Below are positions 51,121 through 63,180 of a stretch of 64,000 nucleotides of DNA, in pieces. Both the position numbers and the translations under genes were made by a program. Every line of letters begins with the position of its first letter. Within the stretch, counting starts at the first letter, position 1. The stretch is taken from contig NC_058383.1 of the NCBI RefSeq assembly GCF_018350175.1, forward strand, positions 5,024,001 through 5,088,000. Reading direction: 5' to 3'. The notes beneath the pieces were generated by a model. The model worked only from the letters and a program-made list of their open reading frames with translations. It ran no database searches and was not told the origin of the DNA. The DNA is from Felis catus (taxonomy: Eukaryota).

Positions 51121-53330
51121 CCCAAGTATGCTCTGTGCTGTCAGTGCAGAGCCTAACATGGGGCTCCATCCCACAAACCGTGAGATCATGACCTGAACTG
51201 CAATCAAGAGTCGGCTGCTTAACTGACTGAGCCACCCAGGCGCCCCGACATCTGTCCATCTCTTAAACATCTGGTGGCGTTCCTTGGCTCGCCAGTCTGA
51301 GCCCCTTCATTATTCTTTGTCTTGGGTTTTCTAGGAGACACTTTGTTTTTAATCCTGCGGGACAGGCAAATGCAACATCTATAATTAGATGTGTCTATTA
51401 TTAAATTCCACATCTTACTGACGAATTCTTGCTGAGGTGCCTGGAGTACCAGTGAGGAAGTAAAATGCCCCAGCATTCACAGAAGCTCCAAGCTGCCAGG
51501 TGGGGTGGAAACGAGCAAATCTTTCAGTGACTGAGCTACAACATGAGTCCTCACCAAGGAGCTCCTCATTGTGTCCCAGTAAGCCACTTGTTGCTTCCAA
51601 GGAAGAGCACCTGGGACTTAAACTGATGAATAAGTCAGCTTGTAGTTGTCGTGGATGGCTGGGGACGAGGGTGATATGTAAATAAAATGGGTAAAATTTA
51701 AATTGCGTTTTAGCGAATAGCATTGTAATTTCTTCCCCTATGAAGTCTTCAGTAAGTAGCAAAACAGGACTCTTTTTTTTAATGTTTATTTATTTAGTTT
51801 TACTTTTTTTAATTGAAAAAGTTTTTTAACGTGGATTCATTTTTGAGAGACAGAGAGAGAGCACGAGCAGGGGAGGGGCAGAGAGAGAGGGAGACACAGG
51901 CTCCAGCTGTCGGCACAGCGCACGTCGCGGGGCTTGAACCCACGAACCGGGAGATCATGGCCTGAGCCGAAGTCAGAGGCTTAACCAACTCTGCCACCCA
52001 GGAGCCCCAAAATGTTTATTTAGTTTTGAGAGAGAGACAGATCGCACGTGAGGGAGAGGCAGAGAGAGGGGGGCAGAGGATCCGAAGCAGGCTTTGTGAG
52101 GACAGCAGCAAGTCCGACGTGAGGCTCGAACTCACAAACCATGAGATCATGACCGGAGCCCCGTGAGATCATGACCTGAGCCAAAGTTGGATGCTCAACC
52201 GACTGAGCCACCCAGGCGTGCCTCAAAACAGGACTCTTTGAAAGCTGGGTCCTTTTTTTCCTTCCTATTTATTTTTTCCTCCATCTTTATCTTGTGGGGT
52301 GCGAGTGACCCAAGGGCTGGGTATTTGTTGTCCAAGTAAGAACCAACTGTGAAAACATCAGAAGATGTGCTCATAGGAGAGGAGTGGCCAGAAGGTAAAT
52401 AGAAAGCTAGAACTCAGGAAAGCCAGAGTTTGATTTGATTTCCTCACCAAGGCTCCTCTGCCTTACAACGCTTCCCTGGCCCTAGGATTGCCCACCAGTA
52501 GGCAAGTTCATGCTGTTTCGCCTTCAGAACCAACAAGCAACCGTCAGCATCTGGCGGATGGCTCAGCTGGCAGTTCCCCTTGGCTTCTCCTTGTGGGAGA
52601 TTCAAGGAAGGGCCGGGCGTCAGAAGGACTTTCGGGGAAATCATCTTTCCTCTGTCTTCCTTCCCCTTCCATATTCTGCTTATTAATAATTCACTTTTCC
52701 TTTTAATTCTCAGTACTCTGGCTGTTCTTTTGGGCCAGGCCGATGCACACTTCACTTTCTTCTACTTCCTTTTATTCCAATCACAAAATCCCTCCAGGCT
52801 GAGGCTCCCTTCTCAGAAACCTAGCAATTAGAAGAGGAAGCCGGTCTCTTACTAACACTTTGTTTGGAGCCCCGTCATAAATAATTAACCTGACGTTACA
52901 CTCAGAAAACAAATGGATGGGGTTCAGTTGGCGATGTTGTGTGGGAGCTTTCTCTCCTGGGGTTTTACCCCACTCACAAAATCCAGGAAGCGGATACAGG
53001 CCTTTCCATTAGCAGGGATGAGCTGTCCGATTTCCAACACTTAGGGAGGAAACCACATCGAGCCATTTTTCTCAGGCACTTAAACTTGAGATTTGTTCAT
53101 GAATCCGGTGTCTGAGACTCAGGACAGCATTTTCTCCCACCAGCATCTCACGGCCCCAAAGGCTGCAGCCGCCCCCGCACTCGTTTGATTTGATCTCCGG
53201 TCAACTCAGTTTCATTCCTGGGGATGACAGTGGAGGGTGCAGGGTGGATTCAGAAGGGGCCATGGTCATCTCCACTCAGATTCAGTCCTTGGCTAAAATG
53301 GTCAGGGTGAAGAGGTGGCTGGGATGGGTT

Positions 53331-53339
53331 CTTCCTTTC

Positions 53340-53405
<66 letters not shown>

Positions 53406-54096
53406 CTCTTTCTTTCATGGATCCTTCCTGCCTTCCTTTCCTCCCTCCTTTCCTTCTTCTTCCCTTCCTTCCTTCCTTCCTTCCTTCCTTCCTTCCTTCC
53501 TTCTTTCCTTCCTTCCCTCCCTCCCTCCCTCTTTCTTCCCTTCCTTCCTTCCCTCCCTCCTTCTTCCCTTCCTTCCTTCCCTCCCTCCTTCTTCCCTTCC
53601 TTCCTTCCCTCCCTCCTTCTTCCCTTCCTTCCTTCCTTCCCTCCCTCCCTCCTTTTTCCCTTCCTTCCTCCCTTCCTTCCTTCCTTCCTTCCTTCCTTCC
53701 CTCCCTCCCTCCCTCCCTCCTTCTTCCCTTCCTTCCTTCCTTCCTTCCTCCCTTCCTTCCTTCCTTCCTTCCTTCCTTCCCTCCCTCCCTCCCTCCCTCC
53801 TTCTTCCCTTCCTTCCTTCCTTCCTTCCTTCCTTCCTTCCTTCCTTCCTTCCCTCCCTCCCTCCCTCCTTTTTTCCTTCCTTCCTTCTTTCCTTTCTTCC
53901 TTCCTTCCCTCCCTCCCTCCCTCCCTCCTTCTTCCCTTCCTTCTTTCCTTCCTTCCCTCCCTCCTTTTTCCCTTCCTTCCTTCCCTCCCTCCCTCCTTCT
54001 TTCCTTCCTTCCTTCCTTCCTTCCTTCCTTCCTTCCTTCCTTCCTTCCTTCCTCTCCTTCATGGATCCTCCCTCCCTCCCTCCCTCCCTTTCTTTC
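53331..54096 (+). repeat. (TTTC)n plus (CCTT/CCCT)n polypyrimidine tract
   Basis: About 765 nt that is almost purely C/T. Confidence 0.95.
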
Positions 54097-54959
54097 AATG
54101 GATGTGAAATTCACATAACATAAAATTAACCACTTCGTCACAAAAGGGCAAATACTATGTGCTTCTTCTTATATGAGGCGCCTAGAGTCATCAGATTCAC
54201 AAAAGACAGAAAGTAGGATGGTGGGAGCCAGGGGTGGGGGGTGGGGGAAGGGATGGAGAGTGAGTGTTCGATGGGGACAGAGTTTCCATTTGGGAAGATG
54301 AAAGGGATCTGAAGACGGAGCATAGTGATGACTGTGCAGCAGTGTGAATGTTTAAGATAGTCATTATCATGTTATGTATATTTTACACACACATATACAT
54401 ACATATATATATATATATAAATAACTTTTAATTGACCATTTTAAAGTGTATAGTGGCATTTAGTCAATTTGCAATGTTGTACAACCATCACTTCTAACTA
54501 GTTCCATAACATTTTCATCATGGGAACCTCATACCCACTAAGCAATCAAGCCCTGTTCCCCTACACCCCTCTCCGTAATGCTCGAAACCACCAATGTGCT
54601 TCCTGTCTCTATGAATTTACTCTTCTAGATAGTTCATCTAATTGGAATCATGCAATATTGGGTCCTTTGTGTGTCTGGCTTCTTTCACAGAGTATAATGT
54701 TTAAGGGGGGGGGGTTGTTGTTAACATCATACAGGTGTCAGTGCTTTAGTCCTTTTTACGCCTGAGTAATATTCCATGGTAGGGATCTGCCACAATTTGT
54801 TTATCCACTCATCCACTGATGGCCACTGGAGATGCTTCCGCCTCTGGTTATTGTCATGCTGCTGTGAACGTGTGTGTTCAGGGATTTGTCTGGACACCTC
54901 TGTTGGGAAAGTTCAGCTGCGTTTTGCTCTTGGTATCTTTCTCTCGTCAAGAAGGCTCA

Positions 54960-55521
54960 CAGCTGGGTCAACCAAGAAATTAAAGACGAAATCAGAAAAT
55001 ACATAGAGGCAGGGGCGCCTGGGTGGCTCAGCCGGTTAAGCATCCGACTTTGGCTCAGGTCATGATATCATGGTTCGTGGGTTCGAGTCCCATCTCAGGC
55101 TCTGTGCTAACAGCTCGGAGTCTGGAGCCTGCTTCAGATTCTGTGTCTTCATCTCTCTTTGCCCCTCTCCCACTCATGCTCTGTCTCCCTGTCTCTCAAA
55201 AATAGATAAATGTTAAAAAAGTTTTTGAAGAAAATACATAGAGGCAAATGAAAATCAAAAGACAATGGTCCAAAATCTTTGGGATGCAGCAAAAGCTGTT
55301 CTAAGAGAGAAAATTAGAGCAATGCAGGCTTATCTCAAGAAGCAAGAAAAGTCTCAAATAAACAACCTAACCTTATATCAAAAGGAGTTAGAAAAAGAAG
55401 AACAAACAAAGCCCAAAGCCAGTAGAAGAAAGGAACCGATAAAGATTACAGCAGAAATAAATGAAATAGATTAAAAAAAAAAATAGAACAGATCGATGAA
55501 ATCCGGGACTGGTTCTTTGAA
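54960..55521 (+). mobile_element. L1 ORF2 fragment split by a SINE (55012-55228)
   Basis: Reads WVNQEIKDEIRKYIEA|NENQKTMVQNLWDAAKAVLREK..AYLKKQEKSQINNLTL..KELEKEEQTKPKASRRKE. The SINE is flanked by TSD agaaaatacatagaggca (54994-55011, 55229-55246). Confidence 0.9.
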
Positions 55522-56540
55522 GGCCTTGCAACTGCCTGTCCTCACCTGTGGCCAGGCTGGTCCTGCTCCTTCCGTGGCCTCTTGCAGCCTGTGGGACAGG
55601 CAGCACCTCTTGGAGAACCTGCCAGGTGACATGTCTCAGAGGGTCACAGCATTCAGAGGCCACCCAGCAATTAGGAAGCTGCCTCATCATGCTCCCTGGG
55701 GAGGGTGTTCCAGGACGTAGGCGGGCAGTTCTGTCTGTCATTGGTTTTCTAGAAGTGTCACAAGGAGAAGTCTTAGTCTCTGAGGGACAGGTGCACTGAG
55801 AATCCATTTCACTGAGTCACTTTTTGGTAAGCCTGACCTCCAAGTCTCTGGATATCCTGTCTTGCCTCAACTTTAGTGTGAACAGGATGTGTAGGCATGG
55901 GAGATGTTGAGATGGGAGAGAGGGCAGGGCATCCGAAACTCTGTCCCATTGTGACTCACCTAACAACCTGCCCACACCACAGGGGTCTCAGGGAACTGTT
56001 CCCTGCTGCCTGGACACATCTGATGAGAGCGTGCTTCCAGCAAAGAAGGAGGCATGATGCGCTGTTAGGCTGGGACAGTATTAAAAACAATCAGCCACGG
56101 GGCGCCTGGGTGGCTCAGTCGGTTGAGGGTCCGACTTTGGCTCAGGTCATGATCTCATGGTTCATGAGTTTGAGCCCCGCATCAGGCCCTGTGGTGACAG
56201 CTCGAGCCTGGAGCCTGCTTCGGATTCTGTGTCTCCCTCTGTCTGTGCCTCCCCCACTCGCACTCTGTCTCTCAAAAATAAATAAACATTAAAATATTTT
56301 TAAACAATCAGCCATGGAGTTCCTTTGTTGGACATTTCCCAAGCCTTTTTAATTTACTCAGGTGAAAATCCCATCACCTAAAATTAATCATTTTAAAGTG
56401 AACAATCCAGTGGCATTTCGCACATTCCCAATGTTGTGCCCCCACCGTCTGTCTCTAGCTCCAGAGCGAATGCATTCCCCCCAAAAGGAATTCTGTACCC
56501 ATTTAAGCAGCCACTCCCCACCCAGACCCTTGGACCAGCG

Positions 56541-57064
56541 TCAACTGGAAAATTCAGTCCTTAGTGTGCAGTCAGGTGCCTCAGTCAACACTGGTGCCAC
56601 GTGGTAGGGGTGAAGAAAGATGCGACAGAAGGTGGAAAAAGAAGAGGTCGGGGAGACAGGTGAGGACATCGGGTCGTGTGTGGGGAACAGGCTGGGGACT
56701 CCCTGCGTGTGTGCGCTTCCAGGAGTAACTGGAATACGTTCCCTTTTCTTTTGTATTCCTGAGGCTGGATGGTGTCTTGAAAGAACGGGGGCAGCAGGGG
56801 TGGGGCCCCTTCCAGCTCCTCCATCCTCTCCTCGTGTGCTCTCTGGCAAGTTAATCTGTGTCTCTGAGACTCAGCTCTCTCGTCTCTAAGGAGGGCTAAC
56901 AGTATCCACGTGGTCAGGCGGCCGGGAGGGCTCCAGGGCAGGTACGAGGGCACTTGGCACTGAGGTTGCACACAGCAGGTGCTTCAAAGTAGTCTCCATC
57001 CTATCGTTGTACTTCTGCAATGATGAAGAGGGTAATGGTGGGGCTGCTTGGGAGATGGTTGGTG
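56541..57064 (-). pseudogene. Candidate Ser/Thr/Pro-rich exon of a decayed minus-strand gene
   Basis: Strong acceptor ccttttctctctggcAG after a 116-nt GT-AG intron, phase-compatible with the previous exon. ORFs 56886-57116 and 56541-56849 share one frame, separated by two stops. Confidence 0.5.
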
Positions 57065-57180
57065 CTGCCAGAGAGAAAAGGATGCAGAAAGGTAAAGCGG
57101 AGGAGTTTGCCCCCATCAGGGAGAAGCCAAGGGAATTTGAAAGCCTTTTAAGAAATGAGGACGCCCTTGCCCTGACTCAC

Positions 57181-57364
57181 CTGCTCCGGCAGGGTGTCTC
57201 CCTGTGAAGGTCTGGGAGGCCTCGTTTCTCGTTTCTTCTCTCCTTTGAACTTGGAAGCAGTGGAGGAGGGTTCGAAAGGCCGTGACTAAGCTCTCCGCCA
57301 GCTTCCCCGCAGCTTTCTGCTGAGCCAGCCGGCGCCGAGGAGAGAGCGCCCCGGGCAGTGCATT
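57181..57364 (-). pseudogene. Candidate exon of a decayed minus-strand gene
   Basis: Acceptor attcttgtcccgctgcAG and donor CAG|GTGAGT; 184 nt, stop-free in phase 0 (NALPGALSPRRRLAQQKAAGKLAESLVTAFRTLLHCFQVQRREE...). Confidence 0.5.
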
Positions 57365-57705
57365 CTGCAGCGGGACAAGAATGTGATTTTTGTGCGCCGC
57401 CTTTCCAGCCCCTCTTTCACACACAGAAAAATGCTGCGTGCATAAGGGCGTGTCCTTCTTTCCTTGGGGGAGAAGACAATTCTTCAATTCCCAAACAGAA
57501 TCTGGAATCCATTCTCCTTGGGAGGAAGCCACGGGCACTGCCCGAGGATGGGGGGGTGGGGGGTGGGGGGAGGAGACAGCCCTTCTCCAGGCATGGAGAC
57601 AATACTCCACCTCCTCAAGACCACAGAAAAGAGAATCAGAGGGTACGAGTTTCCTGGGGCTGCAAATTGCCTTGAACCGGGTGGCTTCAAAACAACAGAG
57701 ATTTA

Positions 57706-57935
57706 GGGGCGCCTGGGTGGCGCAGTCGGTTAAACGTCCGACTTCAGCCAGGTCACGATCTCGCGGTCCGTGAGTTGAGTTCGAGCCCCGCGTCAGGCTC
57801 TGGGCTGATGGCTCGGAGCCTGGAGCCTGTTTCCGATTCTGTGTCTCCCTCTCTCTCTGCCCCTCCCCCGTTCATGCTCTGTCTCTCTCTGTCCCAAAAA
57901 TAAATAAACGTTGAAAAAAAATTAAAAAAAACAAC
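57706..57935 (+). mobile_element. Young feline CanSINE
   Basis: Full-length copy; near-perfect TSD aacaacaga(g/a)attta. Confidence 0.9.
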
Positions 57936-58107
57936 AACAACAACAGAAATTTATTCTCTTGCAGTTCTGGAACCAGAAGTCTGAGACCAAGGTGTCAGCG
58001 GGCCAAACGGTGCCTCTCTCCTAGCTTTTGGTGGCTCTCAGAGGTCTTTCCTTTCCCTAGCTGGTGGCTGCCTCATCCCAATCTCTGCCTCTGTGGCCCA
58101 TGGTCAT

Positions 58108-58112
<5 letters not shown>

Positions 58113-58161
<49 letters not shown>

Positions 58162-58168
58162 CGCGCGC
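58113..58168 (+). repeat. (GT)20(GC)8 compound microsatellite
   Basis: Direct reading of the sequence. Confidence 0.95.
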
Positions 58169-58667
58169 CCTCTCTGTCTTATAAGGACGCCAGTCCCTGG
58201 ATTTAGGGCCCACCTACTCCAGTATGACCTCATCTTAACGAATTACACCTGCAAAGACTCTACTTCCAAATTTGGTCACATTCTGAGATTCTAGATGGAC
58301 GTGAATTTGGGGGTGGGGGTGGGGCACTATTCATCTCAGCACACAAACCAAAACTCCAAATGGCAGCAGGGATCCAAAATCCCAAACACACAAACCTGAT
58401 ACATCAAAACACAGATTCTAAGTCAGACCGACTGTGTTCCCCTCCCTTTCTTTTAAGCACCACTGCCTTGTGTAGGGATTTTTAAGTTGAAAACTTCCGT
58501 AGTTCCCTTGTGCCCCTTCCCAGGCAACACTACCCTGCCCTCAGGTAACCATTGTGCAGTTGGGGTCCTCCAGGGAGCATTGTAAGGTGCAGGGGTTCAT
58601 TGGTGGCAATGTAGCGAGGGACTGTCTATGCTCTCCTTGCTAGTTGATAGAAGCACAGTTGATTTTT

Positions 58668-59848
58668 TTTTTTTTAATTTACATCCAAATTAGTTAACAT
58701 CTAGTGCAACAATGATTTCAGGGGTAGATTCCTTAGTGCCCCTTACCCATTTAGCCCATCCCCCCTCCCACAACCCCTCCAGTAACCCTCTGTTTGTTCA
58801 CCATATTTATGAGTCTCTTCTTGCTTGTCTCCTCCCTGGTTTTATATTATTTTTGTTTCCCTTCCCTTATGTTCATCTGTTCTTTGTCTTAAAGTCCTCA
58901 TGTGAGTGAAGTCATATGATATTTGTCTTTGACTAATTTTGCTTAGCATAACACCCTCTGGTTCCATCCACGTAGTTGTAAATGGCAAGATTTCATTCTT
59001 TTCGATCGCCGAGCAATACTCCATTGTATATATAGACATCTTCTTTATCCATTCCTCAGTCAGTGCACATTTGGGCTCTTTCCATACTTTGGCTATTGTC
59101 GATAGTGCTGCCATAAACATCAGGGTGCATATGCCTTCGAAACAGCACACCTGTATCCCGTGGATAAATGCCTAGTAGTGCAATTGCTGGGTCGTAGGGT
59201 ACTTCTATTTTTAGTTTTTTGAGGAACCTCTATACTGTTTTCCAGATTGGCTGCACCAGCTTGCATTCCCACCAACAATGCAAAAGAGATTCTCTTTCTC
59301 CACATCTTCGCCAACATCTGTTGTTGCCTGAGTTGTTCATGTTACCCATTCTGACAGGTATGAGGTGGTATCTCATTGTGGTCTTGATTTGTATTTCCCT
59401 GATGATGAGTGATGTGGAGCATTTTTTCATGTGTCGGTTGGCCATCTGGGTGTCTTCTTTGGAGAAGTGTCTATTCATGTTGTTTGCCCATTTCTTCACT
59501 GGGTTATTTTTTTGGGTGTTGAGTTTGAGAAATTCTTTTTTTTTTTTTATTAAAATTTTTTTTTTAACATTTATTTATTTTTGAGACAGAGAGAGACAGA
59601 GCATGAACGGGGGGAGGGCCAGAGAGAGAGGGAGACACAGAATCTGAAGCAGGCTCCAGGCTCTGAGCTGTCAGCACAGAGCCTGATGCGGGGCTTGAAC
59701 TCACGGACCGTGAGATCATGACCTGAGCGAAGTTGGACGCTCAACCGACTGAGAAATTCTTTATAGATTTTGGATACTAACCCTTTATCTGATATGTCAT
59801 TTGCTAATATCTTCTCCCATTCTTTTGGTTGCCTTTTAGTTTTGCTGA
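58668..59848 (-). mobile_element. 5'-truncated carnivore L1 (ORF2 C-terminus plus 3'UTR) with TSD
   Basis: Minus-strand ORFs [39 protein letters not shown] and MFMAALSTIAKVWKEPKC; poly(T) at the left end; CACAGTTGATTTTT at 58654 and 59855. Confidence 0.9.
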
Positions 59849-59849
59849 T

Positions 59850-62800
59850 ATAAACACAGTTGATTTTTATGTCAATTCTGCAACTTTGCTGGATTTACTT
59901 ATAAGTTGTTGATTTTTGGAATTTTCTATGTAGACGATCCTGTCATCTGTAAACAGAAACACTTTAATTTTGTTCCTTTTTTCATCTGTAGGCCTTTTAT
60001 TTCTTTTCTTGCTTTATTGTGTGGGCTAGAATTTCCAGTGCTATGTTGAGTGGCAGCAGTGAGAATGAAATCCTGGCTTTGTTCCCAGTCTTAGGGGAAA
60101 AGCATCAGTCTTTCAAAATTAAGTGTGCTGGGAGCTATAGGTTTTTGTAGATTAAAAAAAAAATCATGTTGAAGAAGTCCCTGTTTATGCCTAGTGCCTG
60201 AATATTTCAAATCATGAATCATGAGTGGGTATTTAATTTTATCAAATGCTTTTTCTGCATCCATCGAAGTGATCATGTGATTTTTCTTCTTATCCTGTAG
60301 ATTACATTGATTGATTTGTGACTGTTTGAACTAGCCTTGCATCCCGGGAATAGACCCCACTCGATCCTGGTGTACAATTCGTTTTATTTTTATTTTTAAA
60401 GTTTATTTATTTATTTTGAGAGAGAGAGAGAAAGAGGGAGAGAGTGTGTTTGATCAGGGGGTATGGGCAGAGAGAGAAGGAGAGAGAATCCTGAGCAGGC
60501 TCTGCATTGTCAGCACAGAGCCCAATGCAGAGCTCAAGCCCACAAACTGTGAGATCATGACCTGAGCCAAAACTAAGAGTCAGACACTTAACCCACTGAG
60601 CCACCCAGGCGCCCCTTTATTTTCATTTTTATTACAGTTCTTTTTCTATATTACCGAATTATATTTTCAGTGTTTTGGTAAGAATTTTCCTATCTATGTT
60701 TGGGAAGGATAGTGTCTGTAATTGTCCCTTTTTTATACTGTCTCTGCCTAGTTTTGGGAACAGGGTGATACTGGCATTATACATTAAATTGGGAAGTGTT
60801 CTTCTTGTCTTTTCTGGAAGAAAAGGATTGATGCTCATCCTTTATTTATTTCTTATTTTTTAAATATTCTATTTTTAAGTAATCTCTACACCCAACACAG
60901 ACTGTAGAACTCACAACCCCGAGATCAAGAGTTGCATGCTCTACTGACTGAGCCAGCCAGGCGCCCCTGATATTTATCCTTTAAACATTTGGTAGACTTC
61001 TCCACTGATACTATCTGGGCCTGGGGATTTCTTTTTTTAGGAGTTTTAAAATTATATATTCAGTTTCCTTAATTGTTATAGCCTCTTTATAATTTTATTT
61101 TAGTGGGGCGCCTCAGTGGTTAAGTTGGGTAAGCCTCTGACTTCAGCTCAGGTCACAATCTCCCGGTTCGTGGGTTCGAGCCTCACATCGTGCTCTGTGC
61201 TGAAGCTTAGAGCCTGGAGTTTGCTTCGGATTCTGTGTCTCCCTCTCTCTCTGCCTCTTCCCTGTTCGTGCCCTGTGTCTCTCTCTCCTTCCATAATAAA
61301 TAAACATTAAAAAAAATTTTTTAAATGCTTTTCTAGTTTTATTTTATTTTGGAGAGAGAGAATGAACATGAGTAGGGGAGAGGAGAGGAGGGAGGGAAGG
61401 AGGGAGGGAGGGAGGGAGAGAGAGAGAGAGAAAGGGAGAGAGAGAGAAAGAGAGAGAATCTCAAGCAGTCTCCATGCTCAGCACTGAACCTATCTTGGGT
61501 CCCAGTCTCACCACCCGGGATCATGAACTGAGCCGAAATCAAGAGCCCGATGCTCAACCAACTGAGCCACCCAGGCACCCCTGTGATAGGCTCTTTAAAT
61601 TATCCATTTCATTTTGGATGAGTGGTGACATATTTCACTTTTTGAGGAATGGATCCATTTCACCTAAGTTTTCAAATATGAGTGGGTAATGTCCATAGTG
61701 TGCTTTTATTACCCCATTAATTACCCCTTCTTTGGTCAGTCTTGCTAGAAAGGTGTCAATTTTATGTATCTTTTCAAAGAACCAGCTTTAAACTTAATTA
61801 ATTAATTAATTTTATTGGGTTAGAAATGTAGACCATAAGGTGTTGTTTTCTCTCACTGCTTTCAAGCTTTCTTCCATTTTCTTTACATTCAAAGTTCTCC
61901 TATGATGTGTCTTGGCGTTGACTTCGGCCCAGGTCATGATCTCGAGGTTCGTGAGTTTGAGCCCTGCACTGGGCTCCCTGCTGTCAGGGCAGAGCCTCCT
62001 TTGGATGCTCTGTTCTCCTCTCTCTCTGTCTGTCCCCCGCTCATCCTCTCTCTCTCTCTCTCTCTGTCTCTCAAAAATAAATAAAGCATTAAAAATTATT
62101 ATGTTTAAATTTTTTTATTTGTTTTTAATTTTTAACTTTTTTAACATTAAAAAAATATTTTGGGGTGGGGGATGGGCAGAGAGAGAAAGAGACAGAGGAG
62201 CCAGAAGTGGGCTCTGTGCTGACAGCAGAGAGCCTGACGTGGGGCTCAGACTCACGAACTGTGAGATTATGACCTGAGCCCAAGTAAGATGCTTAACCGA
62301 TGAGCCACCCAGGTGCCCATAAAAAAACACTTTTTTTTAGATTCATCCTGTTTGAGATTTGCTCAGCTTCTTGACTCTGTAGGTTCACTTCATTCGCCAC
62401 ACTTGGGAAGTTTTCAGCCATTATTTTTCAAATACTTTTCTTTTTTTTTTTTTTTTAACATTTATTTATTTTTGAGAGACAGAGAGAGACAGCACAAGCA
62501 GGGGAGGAGCAGAGAGAGAGGGAGACACAGAATCCAAAGCAGGCTCCGGGCTCTGAGCTACCAGCACAGAGCCTGATGCAGGGCTCGAACTCACAGACCG
62601 CGAGATCATGACCTGAGCCGAAGTCGGCCACGCAACCAACTGAGCCACCCAGGCACCCCTATTTTTTTTCTTTTTTCTTTTAATCTCGAATACTTTTCCT
62701 ACTGTGCCCTCTTTCTCCTCTTTTTCCAGAGCTCTGATGACACGAATGTCAGCTCAGATCCTTGAGGCTCTGTTCATTTTTTTATAGCCCAATTTCTCTC

Positions 62801-63180
62801 TGTTGTTCAGACTGGATAATTTCTGTTGCTCTGTCTTCAAGTTCACTGATTGTTAGCTCTGTCACTTCCATTCTATTGCCACCCCATCCATTGATTCAAA
62901 AACTTTGTTTTTTTTTTTCCATTCTAAAATTTCCGTTTGGTTCTTCTTTGTACCTTCTCTTCCTTTGTATGTTTTGTTCATTTTTTGCATCTGTTTCAAG
63001 CGTGTTCATAATTGCTCATTGAATATTTTTCTACTGACTGCTTCAAAAATCTTACTCAAGTGACTCTAACATCTCTGTCATCTTGGGATTGGTGTCATAT
63101 ACCAATTGTCTTTTTTCATCCCATTTGGTGTGATGTGGGATTTCCAATTGTATCCTGGACTTTTCGGTACTTTATGCAGT
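59850..63180 (-). mobile_element. Older L1M fragments with many SINE insertions
   Basis: Reverse-transcriptase remnant MITSMDAEKAFDKI (60091-60276) and antisense L1M motifs. Confidence 0.7.

Larger units (their letters stand above)
57640..58340 (-). mobile_element. MLT1-type MaLR LTR with nested young SINE and (GT)n(GC)n
   Basis: gagtttcctggggctgc..aacaacagaaatttattctcttgcagttctgga..ccaaggtgtcagc..tgacctcatcttaac..ggtcacattctgag. Confidence 0.75.

Noticed and set aside
53190..54141. ORFs of 227-305 aa on both strands
   Set aside because: Translations of a CT/GA simple repeat that lacks stop codons.
57065..57116. Apparent signal peptide MGANSSALPFCILFSLA
   Set aside because: The hydrophobic run is the translation of an intronic polypyrimidine tract ending at a splice acceptor.
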